Made by a program: the position numbers and the translations under genes
Origin: an uncultured Alphaproteobacteria bacterium
GTDB taxonomy: Bacteria > Pseudomonadota > Alphaproteobacteria > Rs-D84
Length of the DNA stretch: 64,000 nucleotides
NCBI GenBank assembly: GCA_944389495.1
Contig: CALXMN010000001.1
Span: forward strand, 78,012 to 142,011
Reading direction: 5' to 3'
Notes under the pieces: model-generated
What the model was told of the DNA's origin: nothing
The model's database searches: none
Seen by the model: only the letters and a program-made list of their open reading frames with translations
Part shown: positions 9,356 through 18,686 of the stretch, piece after piece
Position numbering within the stretch: the stretch's first letter is position 1
How the letters are laid out: every line of letters begins with the position of its first letter

Positions 9356-12070
9356 ATGCGACCAAGAACATCAATACTGACAATTATTCTTTTATATGCT
9401 GTATCACCGGTATTTGCAGCCGATGCGCCAGACTTTAATACATTTTATACATTGTATAAAATGGCGATGGCACAAAACGATATAACAATCACTGCAGATA
9501 TGGTATCAACACGTCTTATCAGTGTACCCGGGGCCGCGCAAACCGTTATAAATGGTGGCGGTTTTGGATTTGATGGTGGTGCGCAAAATGGTTTTACTGT
9601 TTCGAACGGATATACATTTAATATTGAAAACGGTGGGGATTTTGATGCTTCGTCCCGGCCCGCAATAATCAGTAAATCGTATAACAATTTTATCAGTCCC
9701 CAGGGCGCAGTTATTGCCAACCTTGGTGGCCAGGTTACGGTAAATAATGTTGCGTTTTCAGAAAATTCATCCACATATGGTGGCGGTGTATTATATCAGA
9801 ATAATTCTGGCACAATAAACGTTTCTGATTCTGTTTTTGATTCAAATAATACCACGCGTGGTGATGGCGGGGTTTTGTATAACGAGTATGAAACAATCGC
9901 CACATTTAATAATGTTGTATTCCAGAATAATTCCGCACGTGATTATGGTGGTGTAATATTTAATGATGGCACATTAAATATTTCGGACAGTGTGTTCTTG
10001 GATAACACCGCGTCCAGTGGGGCAGGGCTTTATAATTCTAATGAAATGATTTTAAATAATGTCAGTTTCACAGACAACAAAGGTACATCTGATGCGGGGG
10101 CAATTTATACGACCGGTGCGATGAATTTGAACAACGGTGTATTTGAAAATAATTCTGGCGCGACGGGCGGTGCGATTGGTAATTATGGGATAACAGGTGA
10201 CACACTTTATTCGACGGTTGCAAATTCAACCTTTATAAATAACAGTGCCGAATATGGCGGTGCAATTTATAATTGGGATGATATTTATGTTATCGACAGT
10301 GTATTTGAAAATAATAGTGCCACAGATGGGGGCGGTGCAGTTTTTAATCTTGGGGAATTGTATTTAATTGCGCGTGATAAAGACTTATTGTTTTCTGGTA
10401 ATACCGCATCAGGCATATCAAACGCAATTCACTCAACGGGCGTTATTGGTATAAATGCCGCCGCGGGTCGAACCGTTAACTTTCAAGATTCTATTACAGG
10501 CAATGGTGAAATATTAATAAACAGATTCTATATTTACGACGCACAAAATGTTCCGACCGGCGGTAATATATTACTGGGGGCGGATATGTTTGGGTTTAAA
10601 GGGAATGTCACGATGTATGATGGTACACTAAGCATTGGCGAAGGGGGACGATTTTTTAATTCTGAAAATTTACAGATTTTGGGCGGTACCCTGAACTTGG
10701 GAACAAATATAATAACGGCCCAAACGGTTACGTTTGGTGCGGATTCGACATTGCGTCTTGATATAAATGATAAAGATGCCTATGGTGCAATCGTTGCAGA
10801 TGCGTTTAATATATCATCTGGGGCGCAATTGGATGCAATATTGGCGCCTTCTGCGATGGGTAATCAAGATACATTACGTGTGCATTTGTTGCGCGGAAAC
10901 GCGCCTATAAATGATGCGTTTATTCCGACAATAAATAATAACATATATATGTTTACTCAATTGGGCAACGGTTGGTACGAAATTGCACAACTAAGTAATT
11001 ATGCCGATGTTATTGACGGTGCGGGTGGAACCCAGAATAATATGAATACCGCCACCGCGTGGCAAAATACGCCGGACGAATCAAATCTTATTGGGCGTGC
11101 CGTATATAATCGAATGTATGAATTGTTACAGACAGATGCGTATGAATACATCCACGCGTTAAGTGCATTGGCGCCTTCGCCGGCACCGTTGTTACAGATG
11201 TTGGCAACGTCATATACATCGCGTTTGGGAACGCTGTTAATGGATACGGACGATGCGACCGCATATTCTGTTGGACGTGGAAAAATTTGGGCATCTGGTA
11301 TTGGTGGTGGTGGCCATCTTGGGGGGAATGCGCATTATGCAGATTTTGATCGCTATGGCTTTGGTGGCGCGGTCGGTACAGAATATTCGTATGCTGATTT
11401 TACATTGGGGGCATCGTATATGTATCAATACGATCGTTTAAAAAGTTGGTCACGAACGCTTCACACGCCCACGCACGGTGGTGGAATTTATATTCGGTAT
11501 GATACGCCATATAATCTTGTTTTGCGTGGAACGGGAATGATGTTTTATACTGATGTGCACGAAACCAAAAATGCGGCCGGCTTTGGCATAGATAATAATT
11601 CAGATGTGTACACATACAGTGGACTTGCCGATATAGGGTATCGTATTTCGGAACTGGATTGGAATTTTACACCACGTATTGGTGCACAATACACAATTGT
11701 ACATCGTGATAATTCAATCGATTCAGTCGGTCAAGAAATTGCGTCGCGCGATTTACACTTTTTAACGGCGTACACTGGTTTAACGGTTGCGCGTTATAAT
11801 TTTATGATGGGCGGAATTACCATTAATCCAGAATTCATAATTGGTGCGTCGTATGATTTACGCAGTGATGCGGATATGTATAACGTATCTGTGAATGATA
11901 TATCATACATTATATCTGGTCGTGTGTTACCGCGTTGGGCATTAAATTCTGAATTAAAATTGCGTGCAGAATTTAATCCTGTATCTGAATTAGAATTTGG
12001 GCTGGGGGTTGATTTGCGCCAAGATTACATAAATTATATGGCGCATTTACGTGGTACTTTGCGTTTTTAA
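9356..12070 (+). CDS. Autotransporter with polymorphic-membrane-protein (PMP) type repeats and a C-terminal beta-barrel translocator
   Basis: The signal peptide is MRPRTSILTIILLYAVSPVFAADAP and a GGGGG ribosome-binding site precedes it. At least eight tandem units pair FxxN with GG(A/V)(I/L/V)(Y/F)N (FSEN..GGVLYQN, FDSN..GGVLYNE, FQNN..GGVIFND, FENN..GGAIGNY, FINN..GGAIYNW, FENN..GGAVFNL). The C-terminal roughly 300 aa is rich in alternating aromatic beta-strands and ends in ...GTLRF. Confidence 0.7.
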   Translation: MRPRTSILTIILLYAVSPVFAADAPDFNTFYTLYKMAMAQNDITITADMVSTRLISVPGAAQTVINGGGFGFDGGAQNGFTVSNGYTFNIENGGDFDASSRPAIISKSYNNFISPQGAVIANLGGQVTVNNVAFSENSSTYGGGVLYQNNSGTINVSDSVFDSNNTTRGDGGVLYNEYETIATFNNVVFQNNSARDYGGVIFNDGTLNISDSVFLDNTASSGAGLYNSNEMILNNVSFTDNKGTSDAGAIYTTGAMNLNNGVFENNSGATGGAIGNYGITGDTLYSTVANSTFINNSAEYGGAIYNWDDIYVIDSVFENNSATDGGGAVFNLGELYLIARDKDLLFSGNTASGISNAIHSTGVIGINAAAGRTVNFQDSITGNGEILINRFYIYDAQNVPTGGNILLGADMFGFKGNVTMYDGTLSIGEGGRFFNSENLQILGGTLNLGTNIITAQTVTFGADSTLRLDINDKDAYGAIVADAFNISSGAQLDAILAPSAMGNQDTLRVHLLRGNAPINDAFIPTINNNIYMFTQLGNGWYEIAQLSNYADVIDGAGGTQNNMNTATAWQNTPDESNLIGRAVYNRMYELLQTDAYEYIHALSALAPSPAPLLQMLATSYTSRLGTLLMDTDDATAYSVGRGKIWASGIGGGGHLGGNAHYADFDRYGFGGAVGTEYSYADFTLGASYMYQYDRLKSWSRTLHTPTHGGGIYIRYDTPYNLVLRGTGMMFYTDVHETKNAAGFGIDNNSDVYTYSGLADIGYRISELDWNFTPRIGAQYTIVHRDNSIDSVGQEIASRDLHFLTAYTGLTVARYNFMMGGITINPEFIIGASYDLRSDADMYNVSVNDISYIISGRVLPRWALNSELKLRAEFNPVSELEFGLGVDLRQDYINYMAHLRGTLRF

Positions 12071-12100
12071 TTATTTACAAAGACGGCAAATAAAATAAAT

Positions 12101-12122
12101 CACCGGCAATTGCTTGCCGGTG
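12101..12122 (-). terminator. Hairpin CACCGGCAATTGCTTGCCGGTG; terminator for the minus-strand gene 12193-12528
   Basis: Perfect 9-bp stem followed by a T-rich run on the minus strand. Confidence 0.45.
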
Positions 12123-12192
12123 ATTTCTCCCCTCCTTCTGGTTTCCCAGAAACTGTATATTGCCCGATGGACCGCACGCCCGGGCGGCGTAA

Positions 12193-12528
12193 TTATGCGG
12201 CGCGCGCAACGGGTGTTGTTTGTGTGCCATCGGCGGTGTCCATAATTTTTTTCGCCTCGGCAAAGACCATTTCTTTGACGCGCAGTGCCAATGTTTTTGT
12301 TTCCAATGTTTCTGCGGCAACATCAAAGTTATCGGTCCGGATTTGCAGTGATACGTATGCACCAACCAGTGATGGGCGCGGCAAATCTTCAATAGAGCGT
12401 GGTGCATTATTATGGCCAATTTGCAATTCGTCGGCCAAAGATATAATTTGTCTGTCCTCGTTAACCCAAACAGTTGTTGTTAAAACTTGGTTCAGGGCAA
12501 TCATAATTTCTTTAATAGACTTTGACAT
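12193..12528 (-). CDS. Hypothetical protein (111 aa)
   Basis: ORF with a GGAGG ribosome-binding site (the plus strand reads CCTCCT at 12538-12543). No family recognised. Preferred over the overlapping plus-strand ORF 12110-12610, which has low-complexity composition. Confidence 0.4.
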   Translation of the reverse strand: MSKSIKEIMIALNQVLTTTVWVNEDRQIISLADELQIGHNNAPRSIEDLPRPSLVGAYVSLQIRTDNFDVAAETLETKTLALRVKEMVFAEAKKIMDTADGTQTTPVARAA

Positions 12529-12787
12529 TGTGCGGTCCCTCCTTTCGGGTTTTTGTGAAAAATCAAATATTTTTGTATGTACAACGTGTATTTACAAAAA
12601 TCAGATTTGAATTTTCGGTTAAACTTTTGTTTTTGCCGGAAATCCGGATTTTTCGCGGAAATCTGGGGCTTTTAAATCTTTTCTCCTTGTCTATACAAAC
12701 ATCTTAGAACAAAAACGAATCGCAGGTCAAGTACAAAATATAAATATTTTAATATTATTCAAATTTAATATGAAATTACTTATAAAA

Positions 12788-12840
12788 CCATAAAATCCCA
12801 TAAAATAATTATAAAATGTCATTGACAACCATAAATGGGC
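12788..12840. promoter_or_regulatory. Direct repeats (C)CATAAA(A)T at roughly 10-bp periodicity; candidate MraZ operator
   Basis: Copies at 12788, 12797, 12808 and 12828. The bottom strand reads ATTTTATGGGATTTTATGG, which gives TGGGA/TGGTT units 10 bp apart. Confidence 0.4.
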
Positions 12841-12850
12841 GTGCTAAATT
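12822..12850 (+). promoter_or_regulatory. Near-consensus sigma70 promoter TTGACA-17-TAAATT upstream of mraZ
   Basis: Hexamers and the 17-nt spacer were read directly. Confidence 0.55.
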
Positions 12851-12905
12851 TTTTACGAAGTCACGGAAAGGGGGCCGGGCGGATGCCCAAAACAAGGACC
12901 GAAAA

Positions 12906-13352
12906 ATGTCATTGTTTCTCTCATCTTATGAAAATCGTTTGGATACCAAGGGGCGAATATCTGTGCCGGCCGCCTTTCGGGCTTCGGTTGCGTCTGAAAA
13001 ATTTCCCGGTGTTGTTTTATATCGTTCGTTTACCCATAATTGCATCGAAGGTTTGTCTATGTCCCGTATGGAGCAGATGGCATCCGCCACGGACAAAATG
13101 GGTGTTTTTGACAGTGAACTTGACGATTTGTCTGCGATGTTGTTTGCGGATGCACGTCCATTGGCGTTTGATGTAACGGGGCGAATTGTTATTCCGGCGG
13201 ATTTACTACGTCACGCGGGCATAACGGATACGGCGATTTTTGTTGGCCGCGGTAACAGTTTTCAGATATGGAATCCGGATGCTTTTCGTGCGGCCCAGGA
13301 ACGTTCTTTGAATAATTTGCGGGCGGCGCGTCCGAATCTGATTTTATCATAA
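12906..13352 (+). CDS. mraZ: Transcriptional regulator MraZ
   Basis: The duplicated MraZ motif is present (LDTKGRISVPAAFR and DVTGRIVIPADLLRHAG). A start at the internal Met gives about 148 aa. No rsmH/ftsL/ftsI follow. Confidence 0.7.
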   Translation: MSLFLSSYENRLDTKGRISVPAAFRASVASEKFPGVVLYRSFTHNCIEGLSMSRMEQMASATDKMGVFDSELDDLSAMLFADARPLAFDVTGRIVIPADLLRHAGITDTAIFVGRGNSFQIWNPDAFRAAQERSLNNLRAARPNLILS

Positions 13353-13434
13353 TTTGTTACATTTTTCTTACGATTACAATCCGATTTATACCGTTTGTTC
13401 TGCGTGATATAGTTTATATACGGGGGCGTTTATT

Positions 13435-13737
13435 ATGGCGGATGATAAAATCACATACGATATATTTCCGGATGGTTTGGGTTTCTGGGCAAACTGCGAC
13501 GGCAATCACGTCGGTGAAATAACATTTGTTCGCGTCGGTGGGGACAAGATGATAATAGATTATACCGCGGTTGCCGAAAAATACAGAAATGGTTCTGTTG
13601 GATTAAATCTTGTTCGTTGTGTGGCGGCATTGGCCCGTACCCAGCATCGCAAAGTAATAACATTATGTCCGTTTGCAACCGCGATGTTCAGTCGTTATCC
13701 TGAATTTGATGATGTTCGTTTATTGCATACGCGATAA
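13435..13737 (+). CDS. GNAT-like small N-acetyltransferase-domain protein (YjdJ/Acetyltransf_CG type)
   Basis: 100 aa. Pattern ...ITFVRVGGDKMIIDYTAV...GLNLVRCVAALARTQHRKVITLCPFATAMFSRYPEF. Confidence 0.5.
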   Translation: MADDKITYDIFPDGLGFWANCDGNHVGEITFVRVGGDKMIIDYTAVAEKYRNGSVGLNLVRCVAALARTQHRKVITLCPFATAMFSRYPEFDDVRLLHTR

Positions 13738-13808
13738 AATATTTTCACGCTTGAACAAGGTGTTATTTTTTACTAGCATTTGCGACAAAGGAAAAAGGGG
13801 ATTGTTTT

Positions 13809-15200
13809 ATGTCGCGTAAGTTACGTATATGGTTAATATTTTTAATCTTTTTAAATGGATATGTCAGTTTGTCGTTTGAATTGGTCGTTCTGCGTCAATT
13901 GGGATTCTGGGTCGGGTCCAGTGCCGTAATTACAAGTATTATTATGGGTACTTTTTTGGGCTTTATGTCATTGGGATATTTTCTTGGCTCGTCTGGGCGT
14001 ATTGCGCATCACCGTATTCGCACGATTTTATCAATCAGTTTCATTGTGATTGCATTATTTGCGTGCCTCGCGTCAAGTTTTCCGTTGGTAACAGAATACT
14101 TTGTTCATTTGTATCGTTGGGGTATCACGTCCAGTGTTGTTCAAACATTTATTTTTTCATTTTTATTATTATCCATTGGACCGTTTTTGTTTGGGTTTAA
14201 CACAACGTTGTTGTCACGTTGTCTGCATCGGTATAACACGAATTATACCGGTAATATTATGGCGTGGGACACGATTGGGTCTGTGTTGGGGTCTTTGTTA
14301 ACGACATTGATATTGATGCCGTTTGTTGGGGTAAATCATACGGTTATATTGATAATTGCATTGGCGGCATTTGCGGCGATTGTGACGCGACCAAAGTGGT
14401 GGACGATATTGTTGTGTGTTGCGATATTGGTTCCGTCCATTTGGATTAACAGCAATTATGTCCAGCATAAAAATTTTGGTATTTTGGTAAACAATGCAAA
14501 TTCGACAATTTCTGTGTCCCAGTTTTCTGACGGAATGCGTATTTTATATATGAATGGTTTGCCAATGTCTTTGTATAATCCGCGCACGGGCCAGAATGCA
14601 GAATACATAGATTACTTGAACAAGCATTTTATATATAACATTCCCCGTGATCATCGTCGTAATATTTTGGTTTTGGGTGCGGGCGGATTTACGGCGGGTC
14701 TGAATGATACGTATAATGATTATACGTTTGTGGACATAGAATACACATTGCGTGACATATCAGAAAAATATTTCTTGGGGCGCAGTTTACCGGGGAACAA
14801 GCGCTTCATCGTCCAGGATGCCAGCCAGTATTTAAAAAATACCAAAGAAAAATATGATTTGATATTATTGGATGTATACTCTAATTCATTTCAAATTCCC
14901 GAAGGTTTTATAACTGCGGAATTTATGGCACGCGTAAAATCCCGTGTTGCCCCCGATGGAATATTGATTATGAATATAGTATCCAGTCAATCATTCCGTG
15001 ACAAATATTCCCAGGTATTTGATAATACATTCCATACCGTATTTCCCCAAAATACCCAACGTCAAGTCATAGGTTTTGCCAATCCGTATGCGGATAATGA
15101 TGTGGCGAATATTTTGTATATATGGTATAACCGTGAATCCGACGACAGAATCTATACGATTAATAAAACGCCCGTCGTTTACGACAGATATGTAAAGTAA
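13809..15200 (+). CDS. Membrane protein with a C-terminal spermidine-synthase-like (polyamine aminopropyltransferase fold) domain
   Basis: About seven N-terminal TM helices. The C-terminal domain has ILVLGAGGFTAGL ... LILLDVYS and resembles the spermidine synthase fold. Confidence 0.6.
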   Translation: MSRKLRIWLIFLIFLNGYVSLSFELVVLRQLGFWVGSSAVITSIIMGTFLGFMSLGYFLGSSGRIAHHRIRTILSISFIVIALFACLASSFPLVTEYFVHLYRWGITSSVVQTFIFSFLLLSIGPFLFGFNTTLLSRCLHRYNTNYTGNIMAWDTIGSVLGSLLTTLILMPFVGVNHTVILIIALAAFAAIVTRPKWWTILLCVAILVPSIWINSNYVQHKNFGILVNNANSTISVSQFSDGMRILYMNGLPMSLYNPRTGQNAEYIDYLNKHFIYNIPRDHRRNILVLGAGGFTAGLNDTYNDYTFVDIEYTLRDISEKYFLGRSLPGNKRFIVQDASQYLKNTKEKYDLILLDVYSNSFQIPEGFITAEFMARVKSRVAPDGILIMNIVSSQSFRDKYSQVFDNTFHTVFPQNTQRQVIGFANPYADNDVANILYIWYNRESDDRIYTINKTPVVYDRYVK

Positions 15201-15205
15201 AAAAC

Positions 15206-15231
15206 AGGGGGCGCATACCCCCGATTTTTTT
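15206..15231. terminator. Bidirectional hairpin terminator (GGGGGCGCATACCCCC plus T-run)
   Basis: Read directly; lies between convergent genes. Confidence 0.6.
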
Positions 15232-15484
15232 ATTTGTCTGTATTGTGTTCAATATAACTTAGTAACAATAACAGGTTATAAATTGTAATTTCACTTACCC
15301 CGTCTTCGTATCTGCGCAACTCGTCGGGCGTTATGCCAATATCATTGTGTATTTGCTGGGGGGTAACGCCTTGTTGAATACGCATTTCGTGCAATATCCG
15401 TCCCAATCGTTGATAATAAATATCTTCGGGTGGAATATCTGTGGTTTTTGCTGTAAAAATATCATAAAGTTCTTGGTTTTTCAT
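15230..15484 (-). CDS. XRE-family helix-turn-helix transcriptional regulator (84 aa)
   Basis: LGRILHEMRIQQGVTPQQIHNDIGITPDELRRYEDG is a typical HTH_3 pattern. Confidence 0.55.
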   Translation of the reverse strand: MKNQELYDIFTAKTTDIPPEDIYYQRLGRILHEMRIQQGVTPQQIHNDIGITPDELRRYEDGVSEITIYNLLLLLSYIEHNTDK

Positions 15485-15580
15485 ACGCCTTCCATTACAT
15501 ATTACACAACCATTATATATTATATGTTATGAAATTTCCACAGGATTAAATAACACAAAAAGGCCCCCATTTTTTGTGGG

Positions 15581-16168
15581 TTATTTTTGTATGTTTTCCT
15601 TTACAAAGTCCCAATTAACCATATTGTTTAAAAAAGCGTCGATAAAATCCGCCCGTCGATTTTGGTAATCAAGATAGTATGCGTGCTCCCACACGTCCAG
15701 TGCCAAAATTGGTGTCATACCGTGCGCAATGGGGGTGTCTGCATTTGCGGTTGTGGTAATTTTAAACGTACCTTTATCATATATTACCCAGGTCCAACCA
15801 CTGCCGAACAGGCCGATGGCCGCGGATTTAAATTCTGATTTAAAATTATCGGCGCCGTCAAAGGCGTTTGCAATTTCGGCAATTGGTGCGCCACCGCCAC
15901 GCGGGGCCAGACATCTGAAAAAGAAATCGTGATTAAAAACCTGGGCGGCATTATTGAAAATCTTTTTGGCTGAATCGTCATTTGCAGATTTTTTTATAAT
16001 TTCTATCAGTGGCATATCTGCATATTTCGTGGCTGTAATCAGGTCATTCAGATTTTTGATATAGGTCGCCAGGTGTCGTCCGTGATGACATTTCAATGTC
16101 TGTTCGGACATATATGGCACCAGTTCGTTTTCTGCAAATTGTAAAGGAAATTGATTCAGTGAAAACAT
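15581..16168 (-). CDS. sodB: Fe/Mn superoxide dismutase
   Basis: HHGRHLATY, FGSGWTWV and DVWEHAYYLDYQNRR metal-ligand motifs. Start chosen at MFSLNQ. Confidence 0.85.
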   Translation of the reverse strand: MFSLNQFPLQFAENELVPYMSEQTLKCHHGRHLATYIKNLNDLITATKYADMPLIEIIKKSANDDSAKKIFNNAAQVFNHDFFFRCLAPRGGGAPIAEIANAFDGADNFKSEFKSAAIGLFGSGWTWVIYDKGTFKITTTANADTPIAHGMTPILALDVWEHAYYLDYQNRRADFIDAFLNNMVNWDFVKENIQK

Positions 16169-16262
16169 ATTAAAATTCTCCTTTGGGTAATTGTACAAAT
16201 TTTGCCTTGGGGGCGGCAAAAAAACAACAGAAATATTTTCCGCGAATATTGTTAAAAATGGC

Positions 16263-16291
16263 TTGCACCTGTGGCATATGGTTTTTATAAT
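16263..16291 (+). promoter_or_regulatory. Sigma70 promoter TTGCAC-17-TATAAT
   Basis: Hexamers read directly upstream of 16316. Confidence 0.5.
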
Positions 16292-16315
16292 CCAATCTAA
16301 GACAAAGGAGATGTT

Positions 16316-16903
16316 ATGAAAAAACTGAAAAAAATATCATTGTTATCCGCCGTATTTGGCATTTTGTTTATTGGTGCGGCATCTGCGGCCGATATAAAGT
16401 TGTATTATTCACCGTCGTGCCCGCATTGTCATCACGCGCGCGAATTTTTTGTAAATCGTATGGTGTACGAATATCCGAATTTGCGCATTGTCCAAATTAA
16501 CGTTATGGACCAGGCAAATTTACCTGCGTTCCAAGATACATTGGCCAAATGTAATTATGATAATGGTGGCGTACCTGTTATTGTTGTCGGTGACAAATGT
16601 TTCCAGGGATATGCCGACTTTATGCAACAGGAATTGCGTGATGCCATAGAGGTTGACCTGTCTGATGCGGATAAAAAACAGGCGGCCGAAAATAAAAAGG
16701 CGTTGGACGAAAATCCAGATGATTTCAAACGTAAACACGCAGATCGCCAGGGTGCGATAACGGAATATAATGCCGCCCAAGAAAACGCTGATGCGGAAAA
16801 AAAAAGTGACGCGGCATCACCTGTATATTTCTATGTTTTGTTGATTGTTTTGGTTGCGGCATTGGCATTTGTTCTTGTTCGCAAAGACAAAAAGAAAAAA
16901 TAA
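16316..16903 (+). CDS. Secreted or anchored glutaredoxin/thioredoxin-fold protein with a CPHC active site
   Basis: Signal peptide, then YYSPSCPHCHHAREF and GGVPVIVVGDKCFQGY (Grx-like). A K/A/E-rich linker follows, and the protein ends with a C-terminal TM helix plus KKKK. Confidence 0.5.
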   Translation: MKKLKKISLLSAVFGILFIGAASAADIKLYYSPSCPHCHHAREFFVNRMVYEYPNLRIVQINVMDQANLPAFQDTLAKCNYDNGGVPVIVVGDKCFQGYADFMQQELRDAIEVDLSDADKKQAAENKKALDENPDDFKRKHADRQGAITEYNAAQENADAEKKSDAASPVYFYVLLIVLVAALAFVLVRKDKKKK

Positions 16904-16944
16904 AATTCTTTAAAACGATTGCAACATAATATTGGGATTTTTCA

Positions 16945-17799
16945 ATGTTTGATTTAACGACTTTGGATTATATATATGTGGGCGTCTTGGTGGCGTCCAC
17001 AATCTGGGCCAGTATTCGTGGCGGTATATTTGAATTGGTCGCAACACTGTCGTGGGTAATTGCGGCATTTGCGGCCCGTTTCATATCACCGTGGCTGGAC
17101 AAGTTGTTACAGGGTTGGTTTGATTTGTCTGCATCAACAATTGGGACACTGGTCGCGTCGTACTTTATTGTATTTTTTGTGATATTGATGCTGGTCGGTT
17201 TCTTTAACCAGCGTTTACGCGAAAAAATTCAAAACAGTATAATGAAGGTAACCGATCGAACATTGGGGATAATATTTGGTCTTATTCGTGGAATTGTGAT
17301 AATGGGTGTGGTGTATTGGTGCACATTGTGGTACTATTCCGATGCGCCGCGTTTGGCACCGTGGGTTGAAAATGCGCGCACGCGCCCAATTATGCAGTTA
17401 ACGGCATTAAAATTGGACGAATGGTTTTTCCCCGGCCCCGGCAGCAAATTGCTCGCACGTGATATGACGGGCGCCCAGGCAAACCGTGAAATTTTTGAAA
17501 ATTTAATAGATCCGGCTGTGTCAGATACTGTGAAAACGTCCGATGAAAACCAAGAAACAGGATATACTTCGGATCAACGCAGTGCGGTTGAAAAACAGTT
17601 GCTGCAAATTGAAAATGTCGCGCGTGCTGAAGAGGAACGTGCCGCCGCGGCGGAATCTGTGGCGACGGACGATGTTGCGATTGCAACCGATGCAGATGCC
17701 GCGGCAACCGCCGCGATGGAAAATGCGGCTGATGATATTGATGCCGCCGATTCTTCGCCCCAGTATGGCAGTGCGGATGCACCCGTTACGTCGGATTAA
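16945..17799 (+). CDS. cvpA: CvpA-family membrane protein with an acidic Ala/Asp-rich tail
   Basis: The N-terminal four-TM region matches the CvpA pattern (IYVGVLVASTIWASIRGGIFELVATLSWVIAAFAARF). Confidence 0.65.
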   Translation: MFDLTTLDYIYVGVLVASTIWASIRGGIFELVATLSWVIAAFAARFISPWLDKLLQGWFDLSASTIGTLVASYFIVFFVILMLVGFFNQRLREKIQNSIMKVTDRTLGIIFGLIRGIVIMGVVYWCTLWYYSDAPRLAPWVENARTRPIMQLTALKLDEWFFPGPGSKLLARDMTGAQANREIFENLIDPAVSDTVKTSDENQETGYTSDQRSAVEKQLLQIENVARAEEERAAAAESVATDDVAIATDADAAATAAMENAADDIDAADSSPQYGSADAPVTSD

Positions 17800-17826
17800 G
17801 ATTTTATTGTGTGATGTATTTTAAAA

Positions 17827-17850
17827 CCCGTCGCATTGCGACGGGTTTTT
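17827..17850 (+). terminator. Rho-independent terminator
   Basis: CCCGTCGCATTGCGACGGG plus TTTTT. Confidence 0.65.
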
Positions 17851-17908
17851 GTTCCTGATGATTTTTTTATTCCCTATTGGCACAATATTATAAAAAGGGG
17901 GAATTTTA

Positions 17909-18649
17909 ATGCGACGATATATTTTTTTGTTATTTGTGTTTATGTTAATGTCGCCGAATGTCTTTGCGGCCGATACAGATGCGGCGCGCGGTGTTAATCC
18001 GGCGGATAATTTAACAAAAATAGAATTCTTGCCCCAGTTGCGCGCATTTGGGGATTCTTCGATTACGTCGCTGACGTTAAAATACGATCACGCGATTAAA
18101 CGGGTTTTCGGTATAAACGCAGAATTACCATTATTACGATACAGTGGCCACGGAACATCTGATAACGGAATTGGTGATTTAACGGTTCGTGGTCGTGCAC
18201 AACATACCTGGGGACGGCATACATTAATTGGTGCCACAGAATTTTTATTGCCGACCGCAACCGAGGATACACTTGGTGCGCAACAATATACGTTTGATCC
18301 TATATTGGGATATGTATATTCGTTTGGGCATAATATTTTTGGTGCCTTGGTTGCCAAACAGTTTATATCGTTGCATAACACCGACCCAGACATTTCGCCC
18401 GATATAAACCAGGGTCAATACAGAATTTTAATGGGTTACGCATCAAACCAAGGATGGTGGGCACTGTTAGACCCCCAGGTATGGGTAAACTTTGAAACCG
18501 GTCATCAAGAATTTTCCGCAGAATTTGAATTGGGAACGATGCTTAACAAGACCACAGGTGCCTGGATACGTGCAGGTCATCGTCTGGGTGGAAATTGGCG
18601 TCGCAATGATTGGATGATAATGATGGGAATCCGATTTATGCGATTTTAA
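17909..18649 (+). CDS. Putative outer-membrane beta-barrel protein
   Basis: Signal peptide MRRYIFLLFVFMLMSPNVFAAD, alternating aromatic strands, and a C-terminal ...IRFMRF. Confidence 0.45.
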   Translation: MRRYIFLLFVFMLMSPNVFAADTDAARGVNPADNLTKIEFLPQLRAFGDSSITSLTLKYDHAIKRVFGINAELPLLRYSGHGTSDNGIGDLTVRGRAQHTWGRHTLIGATEFLLPTATEDTLGAQQYTFDPILGYVYSFGHNIFGALVAKQFISLHNTDPDISPDINQGQYRILMGYASNQGWWALLDPQVWVNFETGHQEFSAEFELGTMLNKTTGAWIRAGHRLGGNWRRNDWMIMMGIRFMRF

Positions 18650-18686
18650 TCAACATAATAAAAAAACAAAAAAAAGGAGAGAGAAA

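Noticed and set aside
12110-12610. Plus-strand 166-aa ORF opposite the 12193-12528 minus-strand gene.
   Set aside because: Low-complexity sequence and no ribosome-binding site. The minus-strand ORF is preceded by a GGAGG site, and its terminator hairpin fits.
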